NCBI RefSeq assembly: GCF_001194135.2
Contig: NC_068991.1
Coordinates: forward strand, 8,305,006-8,349,137
Direction of reading: 5' to 3'
DNA from: Octopus bimaculoides
Lineage: Eukaryota
DNA length: 44,132 nucleotides
Part shown: one piece after another, positions 19,303 through 32,720 of the stretch
Numbering within the stretch: position 1 is the stretch's first letter
How the letters are laid out: every line of letters starts with the position of its first letter
Position numbers and translations under genes: made by a program
Notes under the pieces: model-generated
Told to the model about the DNA's origin: nothing
What the model saw: only the letters and a program-made list of their open reading frames with translations
Databases searched by the model: none

Positions 19303-22300
19303 CTACAATGGAATATAGAGAAAATGGTTGGTTATCATTATATAATTTTGCAAAACGAGTTGAAGAACATATATATCCTTCAATAAAAAACATATAATAT
19401 ATAGAAAAGAGCATGATTTATTAAAATCATTTTAAAACATTCTCAGCAGATAAAACCTCAATTTGGAATATATACTGTACAGAGATTTCTTTTTTTCTAT
19501 TTTTCTCAGAGTTTAAAATTTGTTGATTTGCTGATGCTGTTATTGCTGCTAACAGCAGGGAACATGTTGGGAATTAGAGATTAAAAAAATACTTTTAAAT
19601 TACTTACCTCCTGTGACATTCGGTAATATGTATTAACATAAGCTAAACCACCTTGTACTCCTTCAATAAATATAACTGCAATGATGATCCAAAAGCTTTT
19701 TATATAATGAAAGAGGACTTGTGTCTGAAGAATAGCTAAAATGCCCATCTGGAAAGGAAAAAAAAAATAAATAAAAATAAAAGCAAATCAAGGAAGAACA
19801 TATTTCACCTTTATGATCTACTACTGTAATACAATCCAAGGGGGTGCTGAAAAGTTCCTGGTTTGGGTAAAAGAAAATACAGGAAAATCAGTTACTTATA
19901 ATTTTATCAAACATATTTCCCTCTCAGATTCACACACTTATTGTAGAGATCTTTCAGTTTTTCTAAGCCCTGTAAAAGAACTCAGAAGGCTGGGCCTCTG
20001 CCCAAGCCTTTTGTGATACCCTTAAAGCCAGGAAATTTTCAGCAACCCCTCATATTTATATATTTTCTTGATAGGCCGTTCTATATATTTTGTATTTTTA
20101 TGTGCATATATATTTTTCACCTTCTATGCTTTTATATATGTATTCCTTTTATATGTTGAAGGCCATGGTAATGTTTATATCTCATCAAATCTATGGAAGC
20201 GTGGTGTATGACTCGAATTAGATGTTTGTTCTCTAATCAATGACCTTTTCTTGTCTCTATCTCAATTTCATTTGAGCACTTCTTTTTTTGCAGTCCTACA
20301 AACCCTTTTGTCTCCATAAAAAGAGGCAAAAAATTATTTCTTGTCATANNNNNNNNNNCGATGCTGAAAAGTTCCTGGCTTTGAGTAAAAGAAAATACAG
20401 GAGGATCAATGCTCGTGAAATTAACGTGCAAGTGGCTGAGCACTCCACAGACACGTGTACGCTTAACGTAGTTCTCAGGGATATTCAGCGTGACACAGTG
20501 TGACAAAGCTGACCCTTTGAATTACAGGTACAACAGAAACAGGAAGAAAGAGTGAGAGAAAGTTGTGGTGGAAGAGTATAGCAGGGTTCGCCACCATCCC
20601 CTGCCGGAGCCTCGTGGAGCTTTTAGGTGTTTTCGCTCAATAAACACTCACAACACCCGGTCTGGGAATCGAAACCGCGATCCTATGACCGCGAGTCCGC
20701 TGCCCTAACCACTGGGCCATTGCGCCTCCGCCTATGTGTATATAATCTATAAATCAATTTGGAGAAAAATACATGAAAGACAAAATACAAAAAAAAAAAA
20801 TAGAAAATAAGAAAGAGAGAATAGGAGGAAGGAGAAGAGAGAAGAAGGATGAAACATTAAAAGCAAAAACAATACAGACAAAAATCATGACAGTAGAGAA
20901 TATCACTGTCTTGAGTATTTAATTTTTTGGTTCCCGATGTGAAAGGAAAGCATTACTTAAAAAGAATTACTTGAAGACGATAAATGCTGGACAGAAAAAA
21001 GTATGAAAAGGAGAATGAAATTTGTACCTGTAGTATAACAGGCAACCAAAGGAATTTCAAATGGAAAAGGTTTACAGATGAGCGGGCAATGAAAACACCA
21101 ATTTGGTAATCGACTTGATACCTACAAGATATATAAACAAATAAAATAGATCAATAAATCAATACACAATAAAATTGTGAACAAAATAAGCATCACATTT
21201 GACAAAGTTATCTGAATGCTGAATGATTTAAGATTGGATTGAATCATTGTTTTGAATTAATTATCACCTGTTTCTCTCTCTCTGTCTCATTCTAACCTTT
21301 CATCATCTGACACAAGATCACCTCCTCCAACGACCCCTCCCCACTCAAAAGATTTTTCTGTCTTGCAAGGTACTTGGGTGACCCTGTCAGTGCAGGTGCC
21401 ACTTAAAAAGCACCCAGTCCACACTCTAAAGTGGTTGGCATTTGGAAGGGCATCCAGCTGTAAAAACCTTGCCTGGTACTTGGTGACCCTGTCAGTGCAG
21501 GTGCCACTTAAAAAGCACCCAGTCCACACTGTAAAGTGGTTGGCATTTGGAAGGGCATCCGGCTGTAAAAACCTTGCCTGGTACTTGGTGACCCTGTCAG
21601 TGCAGGTGCCACTTAAAAAGCACAAAGTCCACTCTGCTGAGTGGTTGGTGCTAGGAAGGGCATCCAGCTGTAAAAATCCTGCCAAAACAGTCACAGAAGT
21701 CTGGTGCAGGCTTCCGCTTGGCTGGCTCCTGTCAAACCATCCCACCCATGCCAACATGGAAGGCGGAAGCTAAACAATGATGATGGTGATGATGCATTAT
21801 CTTGCAGCTTTGAAATTTTGATGATGTGGTCGTTTATTTTTTGATGTGATTTGTTTGTTTATTATGGTAGTGGAGGACAAACAAAAGCACGCACACACAC
21901 TATTGATTTCGAGCAAGCTCTGTCTAAAAATACACAGGATTTTGAAAGGGTATTTGAAGAGACAAAAGATCAATAAAAATTGCTCACCATCGATACTGTT
22001 CAGCAGATTTTAACCATATTTTGTTGAAATAAAGAAGTTCAAACTGTAAAGACGAAGGGGAAAAAATTAACGCAAATAATTAACTTCCATAATTACTCAG
22101 TACATATTATCACCATCAATAGGAGGCGCAATGGCCCAGTGGAGCTTTAGGTGTTTTTGCTCAATAAACACTCACAATACCCAGTCTGGGAATTGAAACC
22201 GCGATCCTATGACCGCGAGTCCGCTGCCCTAACTACTGGGCCATTGCGCCTCCATAAGTGAGAATGCAATAGAGGTAAAAAAAATTATTGTCTTACCAAT

Positions 22301-24702
22301 GTTTGATTAATATAATACTCAGCAATATATACCAAACACAATGGTAACATATACTTTACAACTGCCTAAAAAATAGAAAAATGAAAAATATTTTAAACCT
22401 GAAGAATCCAGGCCAATATTTAACATAGAAATAGTAGCAAGAATTCCAATATGATTAAGTAATAAGCATAGGCATGGAGGTGTGCTTAGCTTTGCAGCCA
22501 TGTGGTTTAGGGTTCCATTCCACTGTGTGATACCTTAACCCTTTAGCATTCAGGTTACTTTTTCAAGTGTAATGCTTATTTATTCACATCGATTTGAATT
22601 AATCATACATTATTTTGTAGCTTTGAGATTTCAGTGACACGAGTGTTTATTTTCTAGAACAATATTGTAGGGTAAGTGTGAGATGCTGGATCTGGCTAAT
22701 TTAAATGCTAAAGTGTTGAGCAAATGACTTCTGCCATAGCCTCAAGCTAACCAATGTCTTGTGAGTGGGCTTGTTACATGGAAACTGTATAGAAACCTAC
22801 TATGTGTGTGTGTGTGTGAGTGTGTGTGTGTGTGTGTGTGTGTTTATTTCCTCTAAGTAATATGTTTTATACTTGATGGTTTCATGTGAAGTCTCATACA
22901 AATATCATAGACAAGGTGAGCATAAAAACGATGACAATGACGAATATAGGTATAGGGTGTTCAAAGCATCTCTCTGCAGTAAGTATTTTATTGCAAAAAT
23001 AAATATTCATAAGATGATATAAGACTGCAAAAGAATATATCAGACTTTACAAGACTTTCAAAAACTTTATAAGAGGTGTTGGAAGTGTCGTCCTTCATTT
23101 TCAATACATGTGAGCACCTCCTGGGCTGAATTCACTGTGGAGAGACTTTTTGAATACCTTAGATATTGTACATAGTAGGATATTCTTTTCATACATTAAG
23201 AAACACAATTGAGTTCAGCTGACCTTGGTTGTTAACTGGAGCTGGTTTACATAAACAACAAAGGGACTATATATTATACAGGTTGCTTTAAACCTGGCAG
23301 GACAACTTTTGTGATGCAGAAGTATAATTGGTTGACCTAGTCTTAGCACATTATTAATGTTTACTTTATAATACCATATCATCTTCATTGCTCAACATCT
23401 CTTTATCCATATTGACATGGGGTGGATGAATCCAGAACAGGAACTAACAAGCCACAGGACTACACTGAACCCAAATGTCTGCCTTGGTGTGGTTTCTACA
23501 GCTGGATGCCCTTCCTAATGCCAACCACTTTACAGAGGGTACTGGGTAATTTTTTCTTTTTACAAAGCATTAACACTGGTGAGGTCAACAAGTACTTGAA
23601 AGACATAAATCTTTAAATTGTTTCAGCTTTAAAGCTGTTGTCATGCTGGGGCATTTAACAAAAAAAGAAAAAAAAGAAAAACTCAACCACACCAGAATAT
23701 AGTGTTGTGATTAATGATATATTCATGATGACAACAACCAGACCAGAACCCATAGTGGATTGGTCATTGCCAGGGTTAATATCAAAGAGTGGACAGGCAT
23801 CAATTTTGTTAACTGACAGAGGGCAGCAGCAGAAGAAAGGAAGAGGTGGTGAAATCTGGTTGTGACATCATCAACAAATGCCCAAATGACCACATGGTCA
23901 AGGGATAGTAGGAGGAAGAGGAGGATGATATGGAAATGGAAAACTTAAAACTCACAATTTGAATGTACTTAATCTGATATTTTAGTGCCTTGAACATCTA
24001 TTCGCATTTCCACAATGTTGGAATATCAAAAATATACAAGACGGTGACATTTTACACACACACACACACACACATAGATTCATCTATAGACATGGTGGAC
24101 ATTCAGGTTTTAAACTGCACTTTAAAAAATATTATATATAAACCAGTGAAAGATTTTACCCCAATTCTGACGAGTTTTTCTCTTGTATTAAGCATCAATC
24201 TTGGAGGTGATGCTGGAAACAGAAAGAATATTGGTGTTACCATATATATGTATATATATATGTATATATATATATATAAGCATATATTCATTTTAGTGAA
24301 GCATTGTGTGGTATTACTTTAAAGAGATTTGTTGCATCAGGCTGGAACAATGCAAGACGGTACAAAGCAAACTACAAAAGGAAAAGGAAACAGAACAAAA
24401 CAAAATTGTAGGTTTGACCTTATCTGTATATATTTCAGGGATCTGTATATACATATATCATCATCCTTATTTAATGTTCAAGCTTTATGCTGGCATGGGT
24501 TGGATGGTTTATCAAGCTCCAATGGATCCAAAGATTGCATTACACTTGATAAAGGAATCTGATATNNNNNNNNNNNNNNNNNNNNNNNNNNNNNNNNNNN
24601 NNNNNNNNNNNNNNNNNNNNNNNNNNNNNNNNNNNNNNNNNNNNNNNNNNNNNNNNNNNNNNNNNNNNNNNNNNNNNNNNNNNNNNNNNNNNNNNNNNNN
24701 NN

Positions 24703-24736
<34 letters not shown>

Positions 24737-27700
24737 ATATATATATGCATATATACAATGGGCTTCATTCAGTTTCCGTCTACCAAATCCACTCACAAGG
24801 TTTTGGTGGTCCCGAGGCTATAGTAGAAGATACTTGCCCAAGGTGCCATGCAGTGGGAATGAACCTGGAACCATGTGGTTGGTAAGCAAGCTACTTCCCA
24901 CACAGCCACTCCTGCACCGTAATTCTAATATAATTGTCCGATTTGTATCTACTGACCAAGGCCATTTGTTTTCTTATTTCTAGTCAATTATTTAACTGTC
25001 TTTTATTCAATTTAAACCAATCAACATCACATTGTGCATCCAGTTCATCTTTCTCATTTTATTCTTTTGTGAACAAACAAACAATGCCATTATATTATAG
25101 TAAGTTGTTATAAACAGTTTTTTTAACAAATAATTTAAGTTACCGTATCTGATGGCATATTCGATGCAGTCCAATTTTAGCAGTGCATATTTAGGAAAAA
25201 GTGAACCAAGGATGAAATTAGGTTATGGAAAGCTCCACCGTGCATTTAGAACCAGGGGGTGAGTTTTTGAGACATTTTATTTTGGTGGTGGGGGGGAAAA
25301 AAGTATCTCATATGCCATCATATACAGTATTTAATTAATCATTAATAATTACTTACAGTTTAATAGCATACTGTGAGAAACATCAGTACCAAGTGTTTGT
25401 AAAACTGGAGGCTTTTGCAATAGGACAAAGTAACTGGAAACAATTACAGTAAAAATACAAATTTAGTTTAATATATTTAGATTAACAATTAATATTACAA
25501 TATTTGAGGGCAGTGAATCAACCAGAAACCAACAGAGTGCCAGACTGAATGCTTTTCAGTATTTAGTTGAGTTCTTCTATAATTTACATTTAATGTGTTT
25601 GACATCAACTCACCTGAAACTGCCTCTGGTTTCATGATAGAAAACCTACTTATTTTAAAGTGTTTGCATTTAAATGACAACTAACCATTGTAATTTTACA
25701 TAAGAATCTTTAGTTAAATTGTGTTCCAAACATCAGATAAATTATAAATAAGTCAGTTATTTCACTAAATCACTTCTCATTTATGCTCTCAACCACATGG
25801 TTTCGGGTTCACTCCCACTGCATGGCACCTTGGGCAAGTGTCCTCTGGTATAGGCTTGGGATGACCAAAGCCTTGTGATTGAGCAGAAGTTCTCATTGTG
25901 TGTGTGTGTGTGTGCATGTGTGAGAAAGTGCTTGTGCTCTCCTAACAGAGAGGAGGGGAGTGAATTTCTTTAGAAACATGGTAACAGAAGGGTTAAACCC
26001 AATCGGGATTTACTTTGCCTTTAATCCTCCTGTGGTCAATAATAAAAAAAATCAATAGTATAGTCAATGCATTGTAAACCTTCTCAGCCATTACTGAATG
26101 TGAATAAATAGTGTAAATGCAATTATCGATAATTCAACTTATCCTTGCTCATCACTCACTCACTCACTTCTCACACTCAACCACACAGCCACACGCAATT
26201 ATGGGACAACAATGATTATAACAAGACATGCATTTGCTTCTTGACTTCATAGGTTTTTCTATCAGTAATAAAGGATTATTTTTAATGTTAACCGGAATTA
26301 AAATGTGATCTCTAGACAGGAATGAAATATACAAGAGGAAAGACAGACTTACCTGAATGCAAAAATGGCAGGAATGATGAGCATGACCAGTATTGTGTGA
26401 CGAGGAGAAAGATTAAGCATGGTGAGTCCTGCATAAGAAAGAGCACCAAAAATACCAGCCCCTCCAGTTCCAGAGGACCATGTTGAGACAACATTTCTGG
26501 AAAGCATAAATGAAATAAGAAAAATATTGGTGCATTAAATGTAACAGCTATGACAATTAAAATTTGAACGGAAAACAAAAAGAAATTTAAATGTTATAAA
26601 ATGAGATTTTTCTTAAAGATAGATGTTGAATTATGCTTAAGCTATAACCAATACCATTATCATCAACTGAATGTTCACTTTTCCATGCTCGGATGGGTTG
26701 GACAGAGTTTATTGAAACATATTTTCCACAACTGGATGCTCTTCCTGCTGCCAACCTTTACCTGCTTCCAAGCAAGGTAATATTTCTCCATGGTTAGACA
26801 TGTTTTCACAGAATATTGGAAATGAATGACATTCATTTACAATGATCATGTGATGTTAAGACAAGGAGACACACACACAAAATGGGCTTTTTTAAAAAAA
26901 GTTTCTGTCTACCAAATCCACTCACAAAGCTTTGGTTGGCATTGAGCTATAATAGAAGACAGTTGCTCAATGTGCCATGCAGTGGAACCGAACCCTAAAC
27001 CCATGTGTTTGGGAAGCAAACTTCTTAACCACACAGCCACACCTGCACCTGGTAAATACTGAAATCTGATACATGGGAGACAGTTGGGGCATGGTTGATA
27101 AGGGTACTGAAACTGTGCATTAGAAATGAATGCATTTATGTGGAAAACCAAAAAATATGCATATATGTAGAAATCAAATAATCAGAGATGAGACCAGTGG
27201 TTCTCAACTGGGGTCCATATATTATTTTTGGGGGTCCACACAACAAAAATAATAAATTGGGGATCCACAATAGTATTTTAAGGGCCCCTGAAAAAACTTT
27301 GCTTTAGTTGTATGTATTGGTATGTATTGCAAGAAACAACTGGGTTTCTTTCTCTAACATTTTACTTTGTTCAACTTACACAAGTTAATGTGTGAAGAAC
27401 AAAATAGGAATTTTGAAAGGAGTTTCTATGAAACTAGTGTTTAAAAATTGAATAACTATGGGGTCCAACAGAATAAAATGATAATCAAAGGGGTCCATAG
27501 ATACAAAATGGTTGAAGACCCCTGTGTTAGACCAGCCAAAATGTAAGTTTGACAGGGACTGAAAAAAAAAAGCGGGGGTAATAGTCTGGAAAACTTACAC
27601 TACTCTTGGATTGAATGGGAATCCAGTTGGTATGTGTTGACAGTTTGACAGGAGTTGTAAGGACTGGGAGTCACACCAGGTTCCATTGTCTGTTCTGGTT

Positions 27701-29594
27701 TGGTTTCTACAGGTAGATGCTCTTCCAACCACCAACCACTTTACAGAATGTACTGGGTACTATTTACATGGCACTAGCACTGACAGGGTTGTCAAGTATT
27801 TTGCAAGGTAAAAACCCTTCAGCTGGGAGTGGGGAATAGTATTGAAGCGGGGTGGCTTTGTGCCAGTTGATGAGAGATTAAAGGTATAGAGGGGCAGGGA
27901 TAATTGATTCAATCATTTTAATAAGCATCACTAAAGCATTATCTTTACCTTGGTAACAATCGATAACAGTCTACCTAAGTTAGCTATTGGCACAGTACCT
28001 TATTGCATGATCTAGTCAGTTAAGAGAATGACTGATAAAACCCTTTCACATTTTGGTATTTTCAGCGACTCATTAGACCTTCCTGGAAATCCTCTTTGGA
28101 ATTGTAATTTCAACTGTTTTGCATGCTAATTCTTCAAATCAGTTGTAAAAAACAAAAAATCTTCCTAGAACTTCAATTGGATTATAAACTCTATATTTTA
28201 TTTATACTATGTGTTGAACAACTTCTCCTAATGACAATTCCATACCTCTTTCTTTTTTCTCTCATTCTCCAATGAGCACAGAATCAGATTTGATGGATAC
28301 TTACTTGTGAAAAAATGAAGTTAAACTCAGGAATGTAACTTCTCCTAATCCAGAGCTAAAGCTGGCAAAACAAACACCTGTCCAAAAATAAATATAAAAT
28401 TAAATAGTAGCCACTGTCCTATTATTATACAAAGATTGTTTTTGAGTTTCATACTCTTGTATTGTACAAACAAATTTGAAACAACTCTGAAGAATTCTTT
28501 CAAGCTTCTAAAGCACATTTAATAGCGAAGCCTGACAGTACAATCTCTAAAGGAAAAACTGTGGCACGTGCCTGCTGGAAATGTATACTTGATGTGAAGA
28601 AATCAGCTTTGAGATGAATATAAATGCATACAAGAGTTATACAAAATGTCAGTTTATATTGCGCATATTTTTCAAAATTCACTTTGTCCATAAACATTAG
28701 GCCATTACAATTTTATAATTTTTTTCCTTGAAGGATAGTAAAGAAAGATACCCTTGATAGTACGGTGCATTAAATACACGGCTACAACTAATTAATATAT
28801 ATATATATACATATATATAGGAAAATGAAAAATAAGGCAGAATGCTAAACTGGAAGCATATTTTAATAAAGATTTCTAACCGGCTTTCATTGCAAAGCAA
28901 ATTTTCAAGAAGAAGGAGAATGAAAATGTTTTTTACAAAGAAGTACAAAATGAAGAAAATAATATATAAAAAAAATAATATATAAAAAAATAAATATACC
29001 AATACATTATATTGTCTTTGAGCTTTTGAAGTTCAATGGTAATTCATGTATATAATGGTTGGAAAAATAAGGATGCATGAGAATTGAGAGTTGTGTTAGG
29101 TTTAAAAAAAGGGTTAAAAGTTTGTGTTAAGTAGGAAGTGTGGTGTCAAAACAGGAACTTCCTGTTTTGACACCACACTTGAATAATACGACCGAATATA
29201 CTTGTAAATATGCCATCAAGAATAATTAAAAAAAAAAAAAATCAATAATTACCAATAATACTGAAGATGACATTTGAAGCTGCTGAAACTAATATGAAAC
29301 TGAGAGTAGTTGTAGCGATGATTATTGTCACCTTTAAGCTGAAATAGTATTAAAAAAAAAAAAAAAAAGAATAAATTAAATGTACTTGTTAATTAATATG
29401 TAAATGAGGTGGCAAGCTGGCAGAAATGTAAGCATGCCGGTGAAATACTTAGTTTGCCTTTTAGCAGTTCAGCAAAAGAGATCGATAGAATAAATACCAG
29501 GCTTAAAACATAAGTACTAGAGTCAATTCATTTGACATAAAATTTCAAGGCAGTGCCCCAGCATGGCCGCAGTCTAATGACAGAAACAAGAAAA

Positions 29595-29637
<43 letters not shown>

Positions 29638-30626
29638 TACATATTTGTGTCTTTGTGTGCGTCTACTGCTTCACAACTAGTGTTGGTTTGTTTACATCTA
29701 TGTAATTTAGCAGTTTGGCAAAATTGATCAATAAGTACTGTGGTTGATTTGTTTGATTAAAACCTGTCAAAGCAGTGCTCCAGCATGACTGCTGTCCAAT
29801 GACTGAAACAAGTAAAAGGTAAATTTTCCTTCACATTTTGATTCTAAGTCTTGCTCTTTTATCAGGTTTGTAAGGAACTCTACAAAAGCACCCAATAAAA
29901 AGAAAACTGAATTATGACTGATTTACTGAACAGAGCAACAAATTAGTAACATGCTGTTTCAATTAACTGTGAGACAGAAATACATGAATACTTGATACCG
30001 AAGAAAATAGTAAGAGAATAACTTACTTGTAAGATAGTTTCTGGATGTAGAGTGGTGAGGATAATTTTATCAATAGTGCCGGAAGAATATCAGCAAGCAG
30101 GATAGCCTACGTAAATAAAAGAAATATAGATGTCACCATGAATTTCCTATCCCTTACAGATCTGTGATTGTCAGGCTGTTCAGATGGCTTTGTACATTCT
30201 ATTCTTTTTTACTCTAGGCACAAGGCCAGGAATTTTTGGGGAGGGGGCTAGTCGATTAGATCAACCCCAGTATGCAACTGGTACTCACAAACAAGTGAGA
30301 GATGGGGACAGTAAGGGCATCCAGCCATAGAAAATCTACCTCTATGAAATCTGTCTGACCCATGCACATGATGATGATGATGATGATGATGGACATCACG
30401 TTGAAAAAATGGACATGATGATGATGATGATAATGGATTGGTAATAAAAATTTGAGAAAATGAAATGACTTACGCCAGTTCCAATTTCATTACAAATCAG
30501 ATATTTGGAACCAGAATCTGCGGTGGTGTTGCCAAATGTACTAGACTTGAAATACAGAAAGAAAAGAAATTAAAGAATAAGATAATTGTTTATCCTACTA
30601 ACTGAAATTGTAATTAAAGACACATG

Positions 30627-30703
<77 letters not shown>

Positions 30704-32686
30704 CATATTGTGTGTGTGTGTGTGTGTGTGCATATGAATTAATAGGTTGGTTTTATGTTGAGTTATAAGAAAAGTAATTTAACATTAAACTGAAGAATTA
30801 CGCCATACTTTTTACTACACTTTGACAATTTTTGATATCTTTGCATCTGAAGCAGTTGGAGATATGATAGTTTGACCAAAAGAACTAGCTATTGCAAGCA
30901 AAATTAAATATTGAAAAAATGCATTTGGCCAAATTTGAACATACAACAGTTTAACATAATAGCAACTATATATATATGTGTGTGTGTGTATTTAGAATTA
31001 TCAACAAAAAAATTGAAACCAATATTTTTCAAAAGTTTAATTCTTTAGCATTTAAACTGGCCATATCCAGTCCAAATATTCTACCTGTTTTATGTTCAAA
31101 CCAGTTAGATCCAGCATCTCAGACCAACCCGAGAATGTCATTTTAAAAATAAACGATCTCATCACTAAAGTCTCAATGTTACAAGGCGATTCATTCAAAA
31201 TAGTGTGAATAAATAAACATTATATTATACAAAGTAATCTGAATGCCAAAGAGTTAAAATATGGAAGAAAAGAAAAAACATTGTTAGAACAGATCCCAAC
31301 ATTTAAAGGAGAATGGAAGATAAAGTTTGGAAAAACTTGGTCCAGGATAGTAAAACAAAAATTTAGTATGGTTGAAAAATGTTAACTTGTTCAGAAAATA
31401 AAAGTTTGCCTTACACACACACACACACACACACCTATTTATTTATGGGGGGGGGTACTGATAAGTTCCTGGCTTTAAGGGTATCACAAAAGGCCTGGTT
31501 GGAGGCCCAACCTTCTGAGTTTTTTTTACAGGGCTTAGAAAAACTGGACTGCTGCAATAAGTGTGTGAATCTGAGAAGGGAACATGTTGAATAAAATCAT
31601 AATTAACTTTTCCACCTGTGTTTCTTTGTTTAACATACATTTCTTACCAAACTGGCATGAGTTTGACAGGGGAACACAGGGGGTGTATTTGAAGCAGGAT
31701 TTAATGGTTGGATGCTTTTCATGTCACTAATCCTTATTTGAAAAAAATGTGAGGATTTTCTTATATATATTCCACAGGTTTTAGACAATGGAGAGCAACG
31801 AGTCATACACATGCATACACACGTGCACATGCACACACACACAGAGGCAGAAAAATGTGCTATACTAACATTATTTTGGAATGTATCAGACTGGTTTTGT
31901 TTCTTATTTTCCTCTTCTTTCAGAATATCATGTGCAGCACTTAACATTATCACATAGGCAAAGTTATTGCATAACCCAAATATCCTGGAAAGAAATAAAA
32001 TATGAAATTACATTAGACAAACAACTGGCACCAAAAAATGGTAAAGTTTAGATTAAATGAATGGGAGGGCAGTAGCAAAAATAAAATCATCTTAAACTAT
32101 CTCAATATCATTATTGTTATTATTTTTATTAAGGCTGCGACCTGGCAGAATAGTTACAGCACAGCAGACAAAATATTAGGTTGTCCGGAAAGTTTGTGCC
32201 GATTTTTAAAGGAAAGAAAAAGGTCAATAAATACTTGCCATTACATTTTTAATCAACCAAATATGAACCATTTTGTTGCACAATGCGTCTCCATCTTTCC
32301 TTTAACTTGAAAATACCTTCTTCCCAGAAATGAAGTGGCTTCATGGCAAATAAGTTGAAAGGTAAGCTACTATAAATTGGAACAAACTTTCCGGACAACC
32401 CAATACTTTGTGGTATTTCTTCCAGGAGTGGCTGCGTGGTAAGTAGCTTGCTTACAAATCATATGGTTCCGGGTTCAGTCCCATTGCATGGCACCTTGGG
32501 CAAGTGTCTTCTNNNNNNNNNNNNNNNNNNNNNNNNNNNNNNNNNNNNNNNNNNNNNNNNNNNNNNNNNNNNNNNNNNNNNNNNNNNNNNNNNNNNNNNN
32601 NNNNNNNNNNNNNNNNNNNNNNNNNNNNNNNNNNNNNNNNNNNNNNNNNNNNNNNNNNNNNNNNNNNNNNNNNNNNNNNNNNNNNN

Positions 32687-32720
<34 letters not shown>

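Noticed and set aside
20410-20729. tRNA-like A/B boxes in SINE heads
   Set aside because: They continue into dispersed SINE bodies without a full cloverleaf, so they are not tRNA genes.
21369-21640. CRISPR-like or other prokaryotic array
   Set aside because: Eukaryotic intronic DNA; the repeats are head-to-tail with no unique spacers.
21287-21773. Two repetitive ORFs of 136-156 aa
   Set aside because: They derive from the triplicated SINE, on both strands.
25593-25636. Candidate CLN3 exon ([10 protein letters not shown]) with a perfect CAG|gtgagt donor
   Set aside because: Poor acceptor. Exon 25433-25357 gives the homologous SYFVLL and the correct phases; including both breaks the frame.
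28500-28790. Possible transposase remnant
   Set aside because: No diagnostic motif could be read in any frame.
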